From: Microcoleus sp.
GTDB lineage: Bacteria > Cyanobacteriota > Cyanobacteriia > Cyanobacteriales > Microcoleaceae
Length of the DNA stretch: 64,000 bases
Assembly: GCA_042408215.1 (NCBI GenBank)
Contig: JAYFMW010000030.1
Location: 128,001-192,000, forward strand
Direction of reading: 5' to 3'
Notes under the pieces: generated by a model
The model's input: the letters and a program-made list of their open reading frames with translations, nothing else
Told to the model about the DNA's origin: nothing
Database searches by the model: none
Shown: positions 38,156 to 49,441 of the stretch, one piece after another
Numbering within the stretch: the first letter of the stretch is position 1
How the letters are laid out: every line of letters starts with the position of its first letter
Translations under genes and position numbers: made by a program

Positions 38156-39361
38156 GGTCAACTCACCGAGATTTTGCTGAATCGCACTTATCCCCCGCAG
38201 ATGAGAAAGAATCGAACCTCCATACAAAAAGCTATTCAAGCTAACTTGATAATTCTGCTGTACCGCCAAATCCAACCACAAATTGTCGATCGCATCTCCC
38301 GGCTTATAGTCAGGAATATTATGCTGATAATAAGGAAAACTGTCAATACAAGTATTGAAAAAGTTCTTGCGCCCGCAATGTTTTAAATACTGATATCGTG
38401 GCTTAAATTCTGCCCGATTTTCCAATACTGTATATATAGTATCGGCGAGAGATTCTGGGTCAAATTTGGCGTAAAGGCCCGCACCTTCGGGGAATACGGG
38501 CGAGTCGCCTCTGGCGTATTGATTGAACTCTTGGAAACAAATTACTGGAACATTGCAACTCATGGCTTCGGTGATTCCTCTGTTTTTTCCTTCGAGGAGG
38601 GAACCGAGGACAAATGCTTTTGCTCGCGAATAATAGGTGGGCATTTCGCTGTAGTAATCCACTCTCGGTACTAGGTTAATGTAGTCGCAGGGATTGGTTA
38701 AAATTGTCTCGATTTGTCGCCATTCGTTTAAGGCGAATTCGTCGAGACTGTTCATATTATTAACATCAAATTCATGGCCGGTGACAACTGTTAATTTTAT
38801 CGGTTTGTGCGGATATTTTTGGCGGTAAACTTTTAAGGCTTTGGCTATTGTGGGTAAGTTCTTTTCTTCGGAGATTCTGGCGACGGCGAGTAAGTCGATG
38901 TCTTTTTCGGGGACATTTCTGGGGGAAATTAAGTATTCGTTGATGAAGTCGGTGTCTTGTAGTGGTATGATTGGTTTGTGGGCGCGATCGGGATAAGTTT
39001 CTCGAAACCACTTTTCTCGCTGGGGGTTTTTGTATAAGCTGGAGTAAGCATCAGCTATGGGTGCCCAAGAATAGGAGATTCCGGGGGAATAGGTAAAGGC
39101 AAAAAATACTGAGGAAAGTTCGGGAAATAGTTTGTTGATGAGTTCGACTGCTTCGCTGAAGTAAATGCCTTTGATGAATTTTCCTTCGTAAAACAATGGG
39201 GGAAGTAAGACGTAAAAGCTGGCGATATCGAAGCGGTGAGGTTCATCTTCGAATATCTCCCAGCTAAAGGCGTCGAAGTCTGCATAAATCTCGGCGATTG
39301 GTTTGTTGATTTTTGGAGTGTGCAAATATGGTTTTTGTCGATCGTAGTTTCCGCGTACCAT
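38117..39361 (-). CDS. Glycosyltransferase (GT-B, family 4-like)
   Basis: VARISEEKNL, SLLEGKNRGITEAMSCNVPVI (E-x7-E). Confidence 0.8.
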   Translation of the reverse strand: MVRGNYDRQKPYLHTPKINKPIAEIYADFDAFSWEIFEDEPHRFDIASFYVLLPPLFYEGKFIKGIYFSEAVELINKLFPELSSVFFAFTYSPGISYSWAPIADAYSSLYKNPQREKWFRETYPDRAHKPIIPLQDTDFINEYLISPRNVPEKDIDLLAVARISEEKNLPTIAKALKVYRQKYPHKPIKLTVVTGHEFDVNNMNSLDEFALNEWRQIETILTNPCDYINLVPRVDYYSEMPTYYSRAKAFVLGSLLEGKNRGITEAMSCNVPVICFQEFNQYARGDSPVFPEGAGLYAKFDPESLADTIYTVLENRAEFKPRYQYLKHCGRKNFFNTCIDSFPYYQHNIPDYKPGDAIDNLWLDLAVQQNYQVSLNSFLYGGSILSHLRGISAIQQNLGELTKFGNGFCNGCNG

Positions 39362-39431
39362 ATAATTTTGAGTGTGATTATTTAACTTTTTTTATTTAAC
39401 CGCAGAGGCCGCAGAGGGCGCAGAGGGTTTT

Positions 39432-40295
39432 CTATGATAATGATTCATTGTCGCCTATTGTGAGGGCGAGTTGGTAGATTTGGCGACGGGGAAGGGATGT
39501 TTGTTGGGCTAGTTGGCGGCTGGCTTGGGAACGAGTTATTCCTGCTGCGATTAATGTTTGCAATTCTGCTTTGATTGCATCTTCTGAAAATATTGGTGTG
39601 GCTGTTTGGATGCCGGCAATTATGAGGGTAAATTCTCCTTTGGGTTCGCGATTGGTGTAAAGTTCGATCGCACTTTCGATACTACCACGCCAAAACTCTT
39701 CGTGCATCTTGGTCAACTCCCTCGCTAATACAATCTGTCTGTCGTTTCCCAGAGTATTTGCTAAATCTTGTAAAGTTTGTCGCAATCGGTGGGGAGATTC
39801 GTATAAGATGATGGTGCGGAATTCTATTTGCAAAGCTTCTAAACCTTGCTGGCGTTCTTGACCTTTCGCGGGCAAGAAACCTTCAAATACAAATCTATCT
39901 GTGGGTAATCCTGATGCAGTTAGGCCGACAATGCAGGCACTGGGGCCGGGAATCGGAATTATGTTAATATTAGCATCAGCGCTAGCTTTGACTAACTCGT
40001 ATCCTGGGTCGGAGATTCCGGGCATTCCCGCATCTGTAACTAGGGCGATATTTTTACCTAAAAGCAGTTTGTCGATGAGTTCGGGGAGTCGTTGATGTCG
40101 GTTATGTTCATGATAGCTGATTTGGGGGGTTTTTACTTGAAAATGTTGCAAAAGTTTACCTGTATGGCGGGTATCTTCTGCCGCGATATAATCTACTGTT
40201 TGCAAGATGCGGATGGCGCGAAATGTCATGTCTTCGAGGTTGCCGATTGGGGTTCCTACGATGTAAAGTGTTCCTGTATTGGGATTTGCTTGCAT
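39432..40295 (-). CDS. rsmI: 16S rRNA (cytidine1402-2'-O)-methyltransferase
   Basis: VGTPIGNLEDMTFRA, AAEDTR, DAGMPGISDPG, YESPHR, RELTKMHEE. Confidence 0.95.
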   Translation of the reverse strand: MQANPNTGTLYIVGTPIGNLEDMTFRAIRILQTVDYIAAEDTRHTGKLLQHFQVKTPQISYHEHNRHQRLPELIDKLLLGKNIALVTDAGMPGISDPGYELVKASADANINIIPIPGPSACIVGLTASGLPTDRFVFEGFLPAKGQERQQGLEALQIEFRTIILYESPHRLRQTLQDLANTLGNDRQIVLARELTKMHEEFWRGSIESAIELYTNREPKGEFTLIIAGIQTATPIFSEDAIKAELQTLIAAGITRSQASRQLAQQTSLPRRQIYQLALTIGDNESLS

Positions 40296-40365
40296 TTTAA
40301 GATTTAGATTTTTTAACCGGAGATAGTGCACGGGCGGGACGCCCATGCCACATATTTAATAAGAT

Positions 40366-41223
40366 ATGAAAACTGGATTGTTTGTGGGATTGGCGACTTG
40401 GGATTTGGTTTATTTGGCGCAGCAGCCTCCGGGGGAAAATCAGAAAGTTGTTGCTTCTGATTGTACCATTGCTGCGGGTGGGCCGGCGGCGAATGCTGCG
40501 GTGACTTTTAGCTATTTGGGGAATGGGGCGATATGGGCTGGGGTTTTGGGCACTCACGCGATCGCCCAATTGATTCGGACAGACTTAGCAGAGTATAATG
40601 TGAGGATAATCGATTTAGCGCCAGGGCGATCGGACCCGCCACCAGTTTCTTCGATTATTGTAACTCAAGGAACCGGAGGGCGATCGGTAATTTCCATCAA
40701 TGCTACGAAATCCCAGGTTGACCCTCAAGCAATTAACCAAGATATTTTAACATCAGTTAATATTGTACTGGTTGACGGACACCAAATCCCAGCCAGCCAA
40801 GAAATTGCTCAAATTGCCAAGTCCAAGAACATTCCAATTGTACTCGATGGCGGCAGTTGGAAACCAGGATTAGAAGAAATATTGCCTTTTATAGAATGGG
40901 CTGTGTGCTCCGATAATTTTCATCCACCCAATTGCGACAACTCTGAAGAAGTGTTTGCTTATCTATCAGCAGCCGGAATTCCAAACATCGCCATCACTCG
41001 CGGCGAAAAACCAATTTTATACCTCAACAATGGCAAACATGGCAGTATAGAAATCCCTCAAATTCAAGCCAAAGACACTTTAGGCGCAGGCGATATTTTC
41101 CACGGGGCTTTCTGTCACTATATTATGGAAAATAACTTTACAGATAGTCTCACCGCAGCCACAAAAATCGCTTCCGATTCCTGCAAAAAATTCGGAACCC
41201 GCCGCTGGATGAAAAATGGTTAA
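40366..41223 (+). CDS. PfkB-family carbohydrate kinase
   Basis: GGPAANAA, DTLGAGDIFHG. Confidence 0.9.
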   Translation: MKTGLFVGLATWDLVYLAQQPPGENQKVVASDCTIAAGGPAANAAVTFSYLGNGAIWAGVLGTHAIAQLIRTDLAEYNVRIIDLAPGRSDPPPVSSIIVTQGTGGRSVISINATKSQVDPQAINQDILTSVNIVLVDGHQIPASQEIAQIAKSKNIPIVLDGGSWKPGLEEILPFIEWAVCSDNFHPPNCDNSEEVFAYLSAAGIPNIAITRGEKPILYLNNGKHGSIEIPQIQAKDTLGAGDIFHGAFCHYIMENNFTDSLTAATKIASDSCKKFGTRRWMKNG

Positions 41224-41475
41224 TTTTAAATTAAAATTAACCAAAGTATCCGGGAAAAACCAATCCAAACTATAAAAATTCAACAAGCAAGTCAAAATCA
41301 TTATAGCAATCATTGTAGCATTTGTGAATTTCTCTGTTTCCTCTTCCTCTGCGCCCTCTGCGCTCTCTGCGGTTCACAAAAAAAAATATACATATTCACA
41401 AATCAAACAGGATTGCTATATTAGTAAGACAACCTCAAACCAAACCAAACAGTCCCAAAACAACATACCCGAATC

Positions 41476-42600
41476 ATGTCTGACACCCAACCCCTAACCA
41501 TCACCCTTCCCCCTTTGCGGATTACCCTGACAGAACAACAACAGGTTAATCTAGAATGGCTGACACAAAACCTACCAAATCTACTTACTCAAAGCAAAAA
41601 AGAAGTCCCCGACAACATGAAACAGTGGGTAGCAGCCAACAAACTATTAAATAAACCCGACGCAGAAATCATTCAAATCCTCATAAGTACCGGCATAGAT
41701 GCGGAAACAGCAACAGCAGAAGTTAGGGAAATATCATCTCACCCCTACTTCCAAGCAGGTACTCAGTACGTCCAGTTATTGCAGAAATTAGAATCGCAAC
41801 TTAGCATTAACAATCAATTAGCCTCCCTCTCTGCAAAATTCGGGACAATCGAACGGAAAAGCAGCCTGTCACGAGAGTATTTTTTAGAAAATTACTACGC
41901 CAAAAATACTCCGGTAATTATTACCAATATTATGCACAACTGGAAAGCATTGCAGTTGTGGACACCGGAGTATTTGCAGCAAACATATGGCGATGCAGAG
42001 GTGCAAATTCAAGCCAACCGCAACTCAGACCCGGACTACGAAATTAAGGTAGAAAATCACAAAAAAACTGTTTTGTTCCGCGAATATGTAGAGATGGTGG
42101 TCAACAGCGGCCCTAGCAATGATTACTACATGGTTGCTAACAACCAGACTCTGGAAAGAGAAGAATTTAAACCTCTATTCAACGACATTGAAATTTTTCC
42201 AGAATACCTAAATCCTACCGATACAAGTGGCAGAGTTTTCTTTTGGTTCGGCCCGAAAGGCACGATTACGCCACTACACCATGACCCAGTTAATTTAATT
42301 TTAGCTCAAGTTTCTGGTCGCAAACTAATTAAATTGATTTGTCCCCAGCAAACTCCTCTGCTTTATAATCATGTCGGGGTTTTTAGTAAGGTTGATGGCG
42401 AAAATCCCGACTATGAAAAGTATCCTCTTTACAGAGATGCGAAAATCATTGAAGTGATTTTGGAACCGGGAGAAGCTATCTTTATTCCTGTGGGTTGGTG
42501 GCACCATGTAAAATCATTAGAGGTGAGTATTTCAGTCTCGTTTACTAATTTTGTGTTTCCCAATTATTATGAATGGAAATATCCTCATATTAATTGGTAA
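41476..42600 (+). CDS. JmjC/cupin-like 2OG-Fe(II) oxygenase
   Basis: TPLHHD...K...PGEAIFIPVGWWHHV. Confidence 0.88.
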   Translation: MSDTQPLTITLPPLRITLTEQQQVNLEWLTQNLPNLLTQSKKEVPDNMKQWVAANKLLNKPDAEIIQILISTGIDAETATAEVREISSHPYFQAGTQYVQLLQKLESQLSINNQLASLSAKFGTIERKSSLSREYFLENYYAKNTPVIITNIMHNWKALQLWTPEYLQQTYGDAEVQIQANRNSDPDYEIKVENHKKTVLFREYVEMVVNSGPSNDYYMVANNQTLEREEFKPLFNDIEIFPEYLNPTDTSGRVFFWFGPKGTITPLHHDPVNLILAQVSGRKLIKLICPQQTPLLYNHVGVFSKVDGENPDYEKYPLYRDAKIIEVILEPGEAIFIPVGWWHHVKSLEVSISVSFTNFVFPNYYEWKYPHINW

Positions 42601-42691
42601 TTGTTAATGTATGGTTCCCAATTATTGGTTGAGAATCATAAAAACATCCGCGTTAATCAGCGTTCATCTGCGGTTCAAAAAAAAGAAATTA

Positions 42692-43570
42692 ATGAAAAAC
42701 ATCGAAGAATTAAGCGAAATTTCGCGTTCAATAGCCGGTCGTGCAGCAGATATCCTACAATCCTATTATCGCCAGGATTCCAACACCCCTAACCTCGACA
42801 TCCAAGAGAAAAAAGATGGGCCCGTCACCGCCGCCGATGTCGCTGTCAATTCTTACATTCTCGACGAATTGCAATCGATTTTAGGCAATACAGAATTTGG
42901 CTATCTTAGTGAAGAAACTTACAAATCTTATTTAGCAACTAACGGTCAAATTCCCTTACCTCAAAGTTGGGTTTGGATTATTGACCCTTTGGATGGAACG
43001 CGGGATTTTATTGATAGGACAGGGGAATTTGCAGTTCACATTGCTTTAGCATACCAGGGAAGACCGGTATTGGCAGTTGTCGCTTGGCCGGAACAGCAAA
43101 AGATTTATTACGCGATGAAAGATGCTGGCGCTTTTGTCGAAAGTCGGGACGGTTCTGTGGTAAAATTGCAGGTATCTGGGTGTAATGTGGTGGCTGATTT
43201 ATCTATAGTAACTAGCCGCAGTCACCGGGACGATCGCTTTAATCAATTGTTACAAAAACTGCCTTGTCAGAATCAAATAGCTGTCGGTAGTATTGGCTGT
43301 AAAATTGCGACTATTGTGGAACAAAGGGCTGATGTTTATATTGCGCTTTCGGGGAAGTCTGCGCCTAAAGATTGGGATTTGGCGGCACCGGAGTTAATTT
43401 TGACGGAAGCGGGCGGTCAATTTACTCGTTTTGACGGTTATGCTTTGCAATATAACCGGGGAGATGTGAGTCAGTGGGGGGGATTGTTGGCGAGTAATGG
43501 TTGCTGTCACGGGGCTATTTGCAGGGAATCTGAGGACATTTTAGCAGGGATAGATGGGAGTTTTAAATAA
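42692..43570 (+). CDS. cysQ: 3'(2'),5'-bisphosphate nucleotidase / inositol monophosphatase family
   Basis: PVTAAD, LSEE, WIIDPLDGTRDF, WDLAA. Confidence 0.85.
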   Translation: MKNIEELSEISRSIAGRAADILQSYYRQDSNTPNLDIQEKKDGPVTAADVAVNSYILDELQSILGNTEFGYLSEETYKSYLATNGQIPLPQSWVWIIDPLDGTRDFIDRTGEFAVHIALAYQGRPVLAVVAWPEQQKIYYAMKDAGAFVESRDGSVVKLQVSGCNVVADLSIVTSRSHRDDRFNQLLQKLPCQNQIAVGSIGCKIATIVEQRADVYIALSGKSAPKDWDLAAPELILTEAGGQFTRFDGYALQYNRGDVSQWGGLLASNGCCHGAICRESEDILAGIDGSFK

Positions 43571-43620
43571 GTTTTAAATAAGTACGATCGCCCTTAAATA
43601 ATTTGGTCTAAACTTACGCA

Positions 43621-43960
43621 TCAAAAGCAAAGAAACCGGGTTTTTTCCTGTTTCTGCGGGCTGTAACAAAGTATTCTCGCAAAAAACCCGGTTTCTAACT
43701 ACCCGTCAAAAGCAAAGAAACCGGGTTTTTTCCTGTTTCTGCGGGCTGTAACAAAGTATTCTCGCAAAAAACCCGGTTTCTAACTACCCGTCAAAAGCAA
43801 AGAAACCGGGTTTTTTCCTGTTTCTGCGGGCTGTAACAAAGTATTCTCGCAAAAAACCCGGTTTCTAACTACCCGTCAAAAGCAAAGAAACCGGGTTTTT
43901 TCCTGTTTCTGCGGGCTGTAACAAAGTATTCTCGCAAAAAACCCGGTTTCTGACCACCCG
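43621..43960. repeat. Four tandem 85-bp palindromic units
   Basis: Units at 43621, 43706, 43791 and 43876, each with agaaaccgggttttt...aaaaacccggtttct arms. Confidence 0.95.
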
Positions 43961-44265
43961 ATAAACCAGCCCCGATCGCAGATATGTATCAAAAATCACG
44001 AGCTGAATATTTCAGTATAATTACACTGGCGATTTTTGTTTTGTTTGTGTTAAGCTATCAACCTCGCGGTCGTGGCTCCGTAATATTACTTAATTTTTTT
44101 CCGCATCTTTATCAAAACTTTAATTAAATAGGTATTTTTAAGTAAGAATTTACAGATCTTCTCTGAAAAAGCTGTTATGGTTGTTACAACCTTCAGAAAG
44201 ATTTCGGATGCAAGTCGCGAAACAGGGAAATCATTGTCTTTTTTTTATATTTGAGTAGGTGTATT

Positions 44266-47200
44266 ATGCCAAATTTAAATACTCAAGTTTCTGGAAGTGC
44301 GATCGCCTTTATCGACAGTCAAGTTAAAGATTATCAAAGTTTGATGGCCGGGGTAAAAACGGGTACGGAAGTAGTCGTTTTGGATGGGAACCGGGATGCG
44401 ATCGCACAAATTACTGAAGTTTTAGGTCTTCGTAGCAATATTGACAGCATTCACATAGTTTCTCACGGTGCTCCGGGCAGCTTGCAATTAGGAAATGGTT
44501 GCTTGAGTGCAGGTAATTTGGAAGCTTATGCCGAGAAATTGCAGCAGTGGCGAAGTGCTTTAAATTTGGGTGCTGACATTCTGATTTACGGTTGCAATGT
44601 CGCATCAACCTCTTACCCGAAAGTCCGTCAGGGGTTGAAACCCCTGGCTCAAAGCGAAAGTCGGTTGAAACCGACTGAAAACAACCTGATTAAACAGTCC
44701 TCTTTAGAGGAATTTAGCTATGAGACGGGGGTTTCAACCCCCGGCGGAACCGATGAATACGCCATAGATGATAAACGGGCGATCGATATCAATGGTTTCG
44801 CCTTCATCCAGCGCATCGCCCACCTCACAAATACCAATGTTGCGGCTTCCAAAAACCTCACGGGAAGTGTAGCAAAGGGTGGGGACTGGGAACTGGAAGT
44901 GAGAACCGGAAAAATAGAAACACCGCTGGTATTTGAACCCGAAGTATTGGCGAATTACGAGTACGTTTTGAATACTTTTGGTGCGGCCACAAATTTTGGC
45001 GTAGGTACAAATCCGAAAGGTATTAATGTAGGTCTTTTCAACGCTGATACCTTCCCAGACTTGGTAGTAACAAACCAGGGTAACAACAACATTTCAATTT
45101 TGTTAGGGAATGGCACAGGGGGTTTTGGGACGGCTACCAACTTTGCGGTGGGTTCAAGTCCGCTTTTCGTCACATCGGGATTGTTTAACAGCGATAATTT
45201 CCCCGACTTAGCAGTAGTAAATAGTAATAATATCTCAATTCTGTTAGGAAATGGCACTGGTGGCTTCGGTGTAGCTAGCAATTTTAATGTGGGTAACACT
45301 CCCATTTCAATAGCTGTCGGGAACTTTAACCGCGACACTTTCCTCGATTTAGCAGTGGTAAACGCTAACCCTGAAGGTACTGGCAGCATCTCAATTTTGT
45401 TGGGAACAGGTACTGGCAGTTTTGGCACTGCTACTAATTTCAATGTTGGTTCGATTCCTACTGCCGTTGTGGTAGGCAATTTTAACGCTGACAGTTTCCT
45501 CGACTTAGCCGTTGCCAACAGCCTCTCTAATAATGTCTCAATTCTGTTAGGAAATGGCACGGGCGGATTTGGTGCAGCTACTAATTTTGGGGCTGGGACA
45601 AATCCCAATTCGATCGCCACTGGGGACTTTAACGGAGACAATTACCTCGACTTGGCCACCGCTAACAACGGTTCTAACAATGTCTCAATTCTATTGGGAA
45701 ATGGCGCGGGCGGCTTTGGCGCGCCCACTAATTTTAGCACGGGGACAGGACTCTCCGGCATTGTTGCGAAAGACTTTAACGGAGATGACAGACTTGACTT
45801 AGCAGTAGGAAGCACCAGCGGCGCTGCAATTTTAGTGGGCAACGGCAATGGCGGTTTTAGTGCACTCATTAACTTTGCTGCGGGGACAAATCCAACTTCC
45901 ATTATTGCCGACAACTTTAATACTGATACTCTCCCAGATTTGGCAGTAGCTAACAACGGTTCAGGTAATGTTTCGGTGCTGCTAAATACACCCAATATAG
46001 TCAATTTCGATGCAGCCACCTACAGCGGTACTGAAGGAAATGTAGACACAGTGGTTAATATTCCCGTCACCATCAGCAACGGTACTCCCGATCGCAATGT
46101 AATTGTGCCGATCGCCATTAACCCCAGTAGCACAGCCACCCAAAATTCAGACTACACCATTTCCCCTACCTCGATTACATTCCCCGCAGGTGCAACAGGT
46201 GCCGCACTCACCAAGAATGTTGCAGTTACTATCAAACCCGATAACATAGCTGAAAACGCCGAAACCGCAATTCTCAATTTTGGCACAATTACCGGTGGCG
46301 TTGCCGGTACAACAAAACAAACAACATTAACTATTGCTGCCAACGGTACTGTTTCTTATGCCATTGTTGCCGATACAGCCAGCATTCCCGAAGGCAATAG
46401 CGACACAACTCCTCTAACTTTTACTGTGACTCGCAGCGGCGACACTGGCGGGCCCAGTAGCGTAAATTATGCGATCGCCGGAACTGCTACCAACGTGAGC
46501 GATTACAACAACATCGGTGGCACTTCTGGTGCAACTACTGCTACTGGTACGATTAATTTTACAGCCGGTGAAACATCGAGAACTATTACTCTCAATGTGT
46601 TAGGCGACACCATAGTTGAACCCAATGAAACTATTGCCGTCACCCTGTCAAATCCCACAGGCTCAGGGGTAACACCGACAATTACCACTGCTACCGCTAC
46701 CACAACTATTACTAATGATGACCAAGCCGGCTTTACGGTTAGTCTAAAAGCAATATCAACTACCGAAGCTGGCGGCAAGGCAGATTTCACAGTCCAACTC
46801 AAGTCTGAACCAACTGCTAACGTTACTTTCGGCTTGAGTAGTTCCAATACAGCGGAGGGAACTGTTTCGACTAATAGCTTAACTTTCACTCCCGCTAACT
46901 ACAATCAACCGCAAACAGTAACGGTGACTGGTGTTGACGATTTGGTAGCTGATGGCGATCGAGTTTATAAAATTGTCACGGCTGCTGCTGTGAGCACAGA
47001 TGCTAATTACAATAACCTCAATCCTGATGATGTCACCGTCACCAACAGTGACAATGAAACTCCGGGAATTACGGTGAATGTGAAGGCGGGCTTAACTACG
47101 GTTGAAGATGGCAGTCAGGCTAACTTTGCTGTGGTTTTGAATACTAAACCAACTGCTAATGTGACTATTGGTTTGAACAGTGACAATGTTAAGGAAGGAA

Positions 47201-49191
47201 CTGTTTCGACTAATAGTTTAACTTTCACTCCTGCTAACTGGAATACACCTCAACAGGTGACAGTAACAGGGGTTGACGATAGCATTATTGACGGCGATAT
47301 TGACTACAAAGTTGTCACGGCGGCTGCTGTTAGTACAGATGCGAATTACAGCAATCGAGATGTAGCGGATGTTAGTATTAGCAATCAGGACAATGATACG
47401 GCTGGTATTTCTGCTAGTCCTACCGAAACGAAAGCTACAGAAGGCGGGGCGAATGGCAGTTATGGCATCAAATTAACGTCGCAGCCGATCGCCCCGGTGA
47501 CAGTCAATCTCACAACAGGTAATCAGATTCAGGCGATCGCCCCTCTGACTTTCACCCCGAATAATTGGAGTGTCGCTCAAACCGTTACGGTGAAAGCGGT
47601 TGATGATACGCTTGTGGAAGGGGCGCACAGCATTAGTATAGCTCACAATGTGAGCAGTAGTGATGCTAAGTATAACGAGATTGTGGTTCCAGGGGTGACA
47701 GTGGCGATCGTGGATAACGACACTGCACCAACACCGCCGACACCAACACCGACACCGACACCAGTCACACCGACACCAGTCACACCGACACCGACACCAG
47801 TCACGCCGACACCAATACCAGTCACGCCGACACCGACACCAGTCACGCCGACACCGACACCAGTCACGCCGACACCGACACCAGTCACGCCGACACCGAC
47901 ACCAGTCACGCCGACACCAGTCACGCCGACACCGACACCAGTCACCGCACCCCCCGATTCCACAGTTGTCACCATCCTAACCAGCTTAGTCGCCGACTTA
48001 ATCGACAAAGGAATTGCACCCGAATCAGCCCAATCTTTAGTCAAAGCCGCCCTTTCCCTCCCCGCTGAAGTAGACCTGACTAGCTTAGACCCCATCAAGG
48101 CCACCAACAACAACCAACCGGGCGGAGTCCAAGTCTTAGCCACAACAGTGAAAGTCCAAAACTTCATCACTCAAACTAGCGCTTTGATTGACGGTGCTTC
48201 CAGTGCAGCCAATACCGATATTGTCAAGGCTGTTGTCAGTTCAATTACGAATCCAATTCAATCCGGCACTGTTTTAAACCTCAGCAATGCAGCAGATTTA
48301 GAACCAATAATTCAGCAAGCAGCAGCTAAAATCCAGCAGATAGACCCCAGTTTCAACAGTCAAAAAATCACCCAAATTACCTCGCAAGCTGCGACAGTAA
48401 TGGCCACAGCAAATCAACGTATTGATAGCGCTGTCTCCAGCACAACAGCAACATCAATTCCTGAAGCATTTGCCAGTGTCCAACAAGTAGCATTGGGTCC
48501 AACAACTCAAGATTTCAAAGCTATTGGTGCGGGAACTAAGACAATTTCCCAGGTAGTTGCTGACAATACTGGTACTGCTTTAGATAGCAGAATTCAAGCA
48601 GTGATATTGCCTTTTGGGATTGCGGCTCCTCTTGTCATCGGCGATACTGATTTTGGCAGCAATTCCCCGAATCAAATTATCGGTACAAATGGCGATGATA
48701 TCCTGACTGGCGACAGCGGAAATGATGATTTGATGGGCATGAGGGGCAATGATTCCCTCGACGGCGGTATTGGGAATGACAGTCTTTTCGGCGGGAAAGG
48801 TAGCGATACTTTGCTCGGAAGTAGCGGTGATGATGCCTTGTTTGGCGGCCGCGGTGCTGACATTTTGAAGGGCGGTAATGGCAATGATATTCTTTACGGA
48901 GGTAAGGGTGATGATTTGCTGATTGGTGGTTTGGGAAATGATAGTTTGATAGGAGGAATGGGATTAGATAAATTCTTGCTTTCCACTAATTCCGGTACTG
49001 ATACAATCGCTGACTTTGAAGTCGGTAAAGACTTGTTAGTATTGGGTAACGGGCTGAGTTTATCGCAATTAGCAATTGCTCAAGATAGCGGTGCAACTTT
49101 AATCCGGTTTGCACAAACTGGGGAAATTTTAGCCTCTCTCAGCGGAGTTTCTGCTAGCAGTATTAGCGCTGGGAATTTCGGATTGATTTGA
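44266..49191 (+). CDS. Large secreted surface protein: DUF4347, FG-GAP repeats, Calx-beta/cadherin-like repeats, Pro-Thr linker, RTX Ca-binding repeats
   Basis: IHIVSHGAPG, repeated GDFNxDxxxDLAVAN, (PTPV)n, GGxGxDxL nonapeptides. Confidence 0.9.
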   Translation: MPNLNTQVSGSAIAFIDSQVKDYQSLMAGVKTGTEVVVLDGNRDAIAQITEVLGLRSNIDSIHIVSHGAPGSLQLGNGCLSAGNLEAYAEKLQQWRSALNLGADILIYGCNVASTSYPKVRQGLKPLAQSESRLKPTENNLIKQSSLEEFSYETGVSTPGGTDEYAIDDKRAIDINGFAFIQRIAHLTNTNVAASKNLTGSVAKGGDWELEVRTGKIETPLVFEPEVLANYEYVLNTFGAATNFGVGTNPKGINVGLFNADTFPDLVVTNQGNNNISILLGNGTGGFGTATNFAVGSSPLFVTSGLFNSDNFPDLAVVNSNNISILLGNGTGGFGVASNFNVGNTPISIAVGNFNRDTFLDLAVVNANPEGTGSISILLGTGTGSFGTATNFNVGSIPTAVVVGNFNADSFLDLAVANSLSNNVSILLGNGTGGFGAATNFGAGTNPNSIATGDFNGDNYLDLATANNGSNNVSILLGNGAGGFGAPTNFSTGTGLSGIVAKDFNGDDRLDLAVGSTSGAAILVGNGNGGFSALINFAAGTNPTSIIADNFNTDTLPDLAVANNGSGNVSVLLNTPNIVNFDAATYSGTEGNVDTVVNIPVTISNGTPDRNVIVPIAINPSSTATQNSDYTISPTSITFPAGATGAALTKNVAVTIKPDNIAENAETAILNFGTITGGVAGTTKQTTLTIAANGTVSYAIVADTASIPEGNSDTTPLTFTVTRSGDTGGPSSVNYAIAGTATNVSDYNNIGGTSGATTATGTINFTAGETSRTITLNVLGDTIVEPNETIAVTLSNPTGSGVTPTITTATATTTITNDDQAGFTVSLKAISTTEAGGKADFTVQLKSEPTANVTFGLSSSNTAEGTVSTNSLTFTPANYNQPQTVTVTGVDDLVADGDRVYKIVTAAAVSTDANYNNLNPDDVTVTNSDNETPGITVNVKAGLTTVEDGSQANFAVVLNTKPTANVTIGLNSDNVKEGTVSTNSLTFTPANWNTPQQVTVTGVDDSIIDGDIDYKVVTAAAVSTDANYSNRDVADVSISNQDNDTAGISASPTETKATEGGANGSYGIKLTSQPIAPVTVNLTTGNQIQAIAPLTFTPNNWSVAQTVTVKAVDDTLVEGAHSISIAHNVSSSDAKYNEIVVPGVTVAIVDNDTAPTPPTPTPTPTPVTPTPVTPTPTPVTPTPIPVTPTPTPVTPTPTPVTPTPTPVTPTPTPVTPTPVTPTPTPVTAPPDSTVVTILTSLVADLIDKGIAPESAQSLVKAALSLPAEVDLTSLDPIKATNNNQPGGVQVLATTVKVQNFITQTSALIDGASSAANTDIVKAVVSSITNPIQSGTVLNLSNAADLEPIIQQAAAKIQQIDPSFNSQKITQITSQAATVMATANQRIDSAVSSTTATSIPEAFASVQQVALGPTTQDFKAIGAGTKTISQVVADNTGTALDSRIQAVILPFGIAAPLVIGDTDFGSNSPNQIIGTNGDDILTGDSGNDDLMGMRGNDSLDGGIGNDSLFGGKGSDTLLGSSGDDALFGGRGADILKGGNGNDILYGGKGDDLLIGGLGNDSLIGGMGLDKFLLSTNSGTDTIADFEVGKDLLVLGNGLSLSQLAIAQDSGATLIRFAQTGEILASLSGVSASSISAGNFGLI

Positions 49192-49441
49192 GATTGATTT
49201 GGATTCAAGCACTTGTTCTAATAGTCCGCATGACCCCCCTAACCCCCCTTATGTCGGGTGGGACAAGAGCATTCTTTCGTCCCCCTTCTTAAGGGTGATT
49301 TAGGGGGATCGAGACTTAAACAACAATCAGAAATACTGAGTCCTCTCTTCAATCCGCGCCGGCGGATTTTGTTTTTGTAGACGCGGTTTCAACCGCCGAA
49401 TAATCAAGGGGATAAAACCAGATTTAACCTAACCTTTCAAA

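Noticed and set aside
37856..38386. Repetitive ORFs (SVTESVAEL / NPLPNFLHP)
   Set aside because: Products of the 42-bp tandem repeat, antisense to the glycosyltransferase.
43621..43960. Possible third CRISPR array
   Set aside because: Units are identical end to end with no unique spacers; it is a tandem repeat.
44955..48884. Long antisense ORFs opposite the surface protein (also 20327-21115, 54818-55561)
   Set aside because: Shadow frames of repetitive or biased coding sequence.
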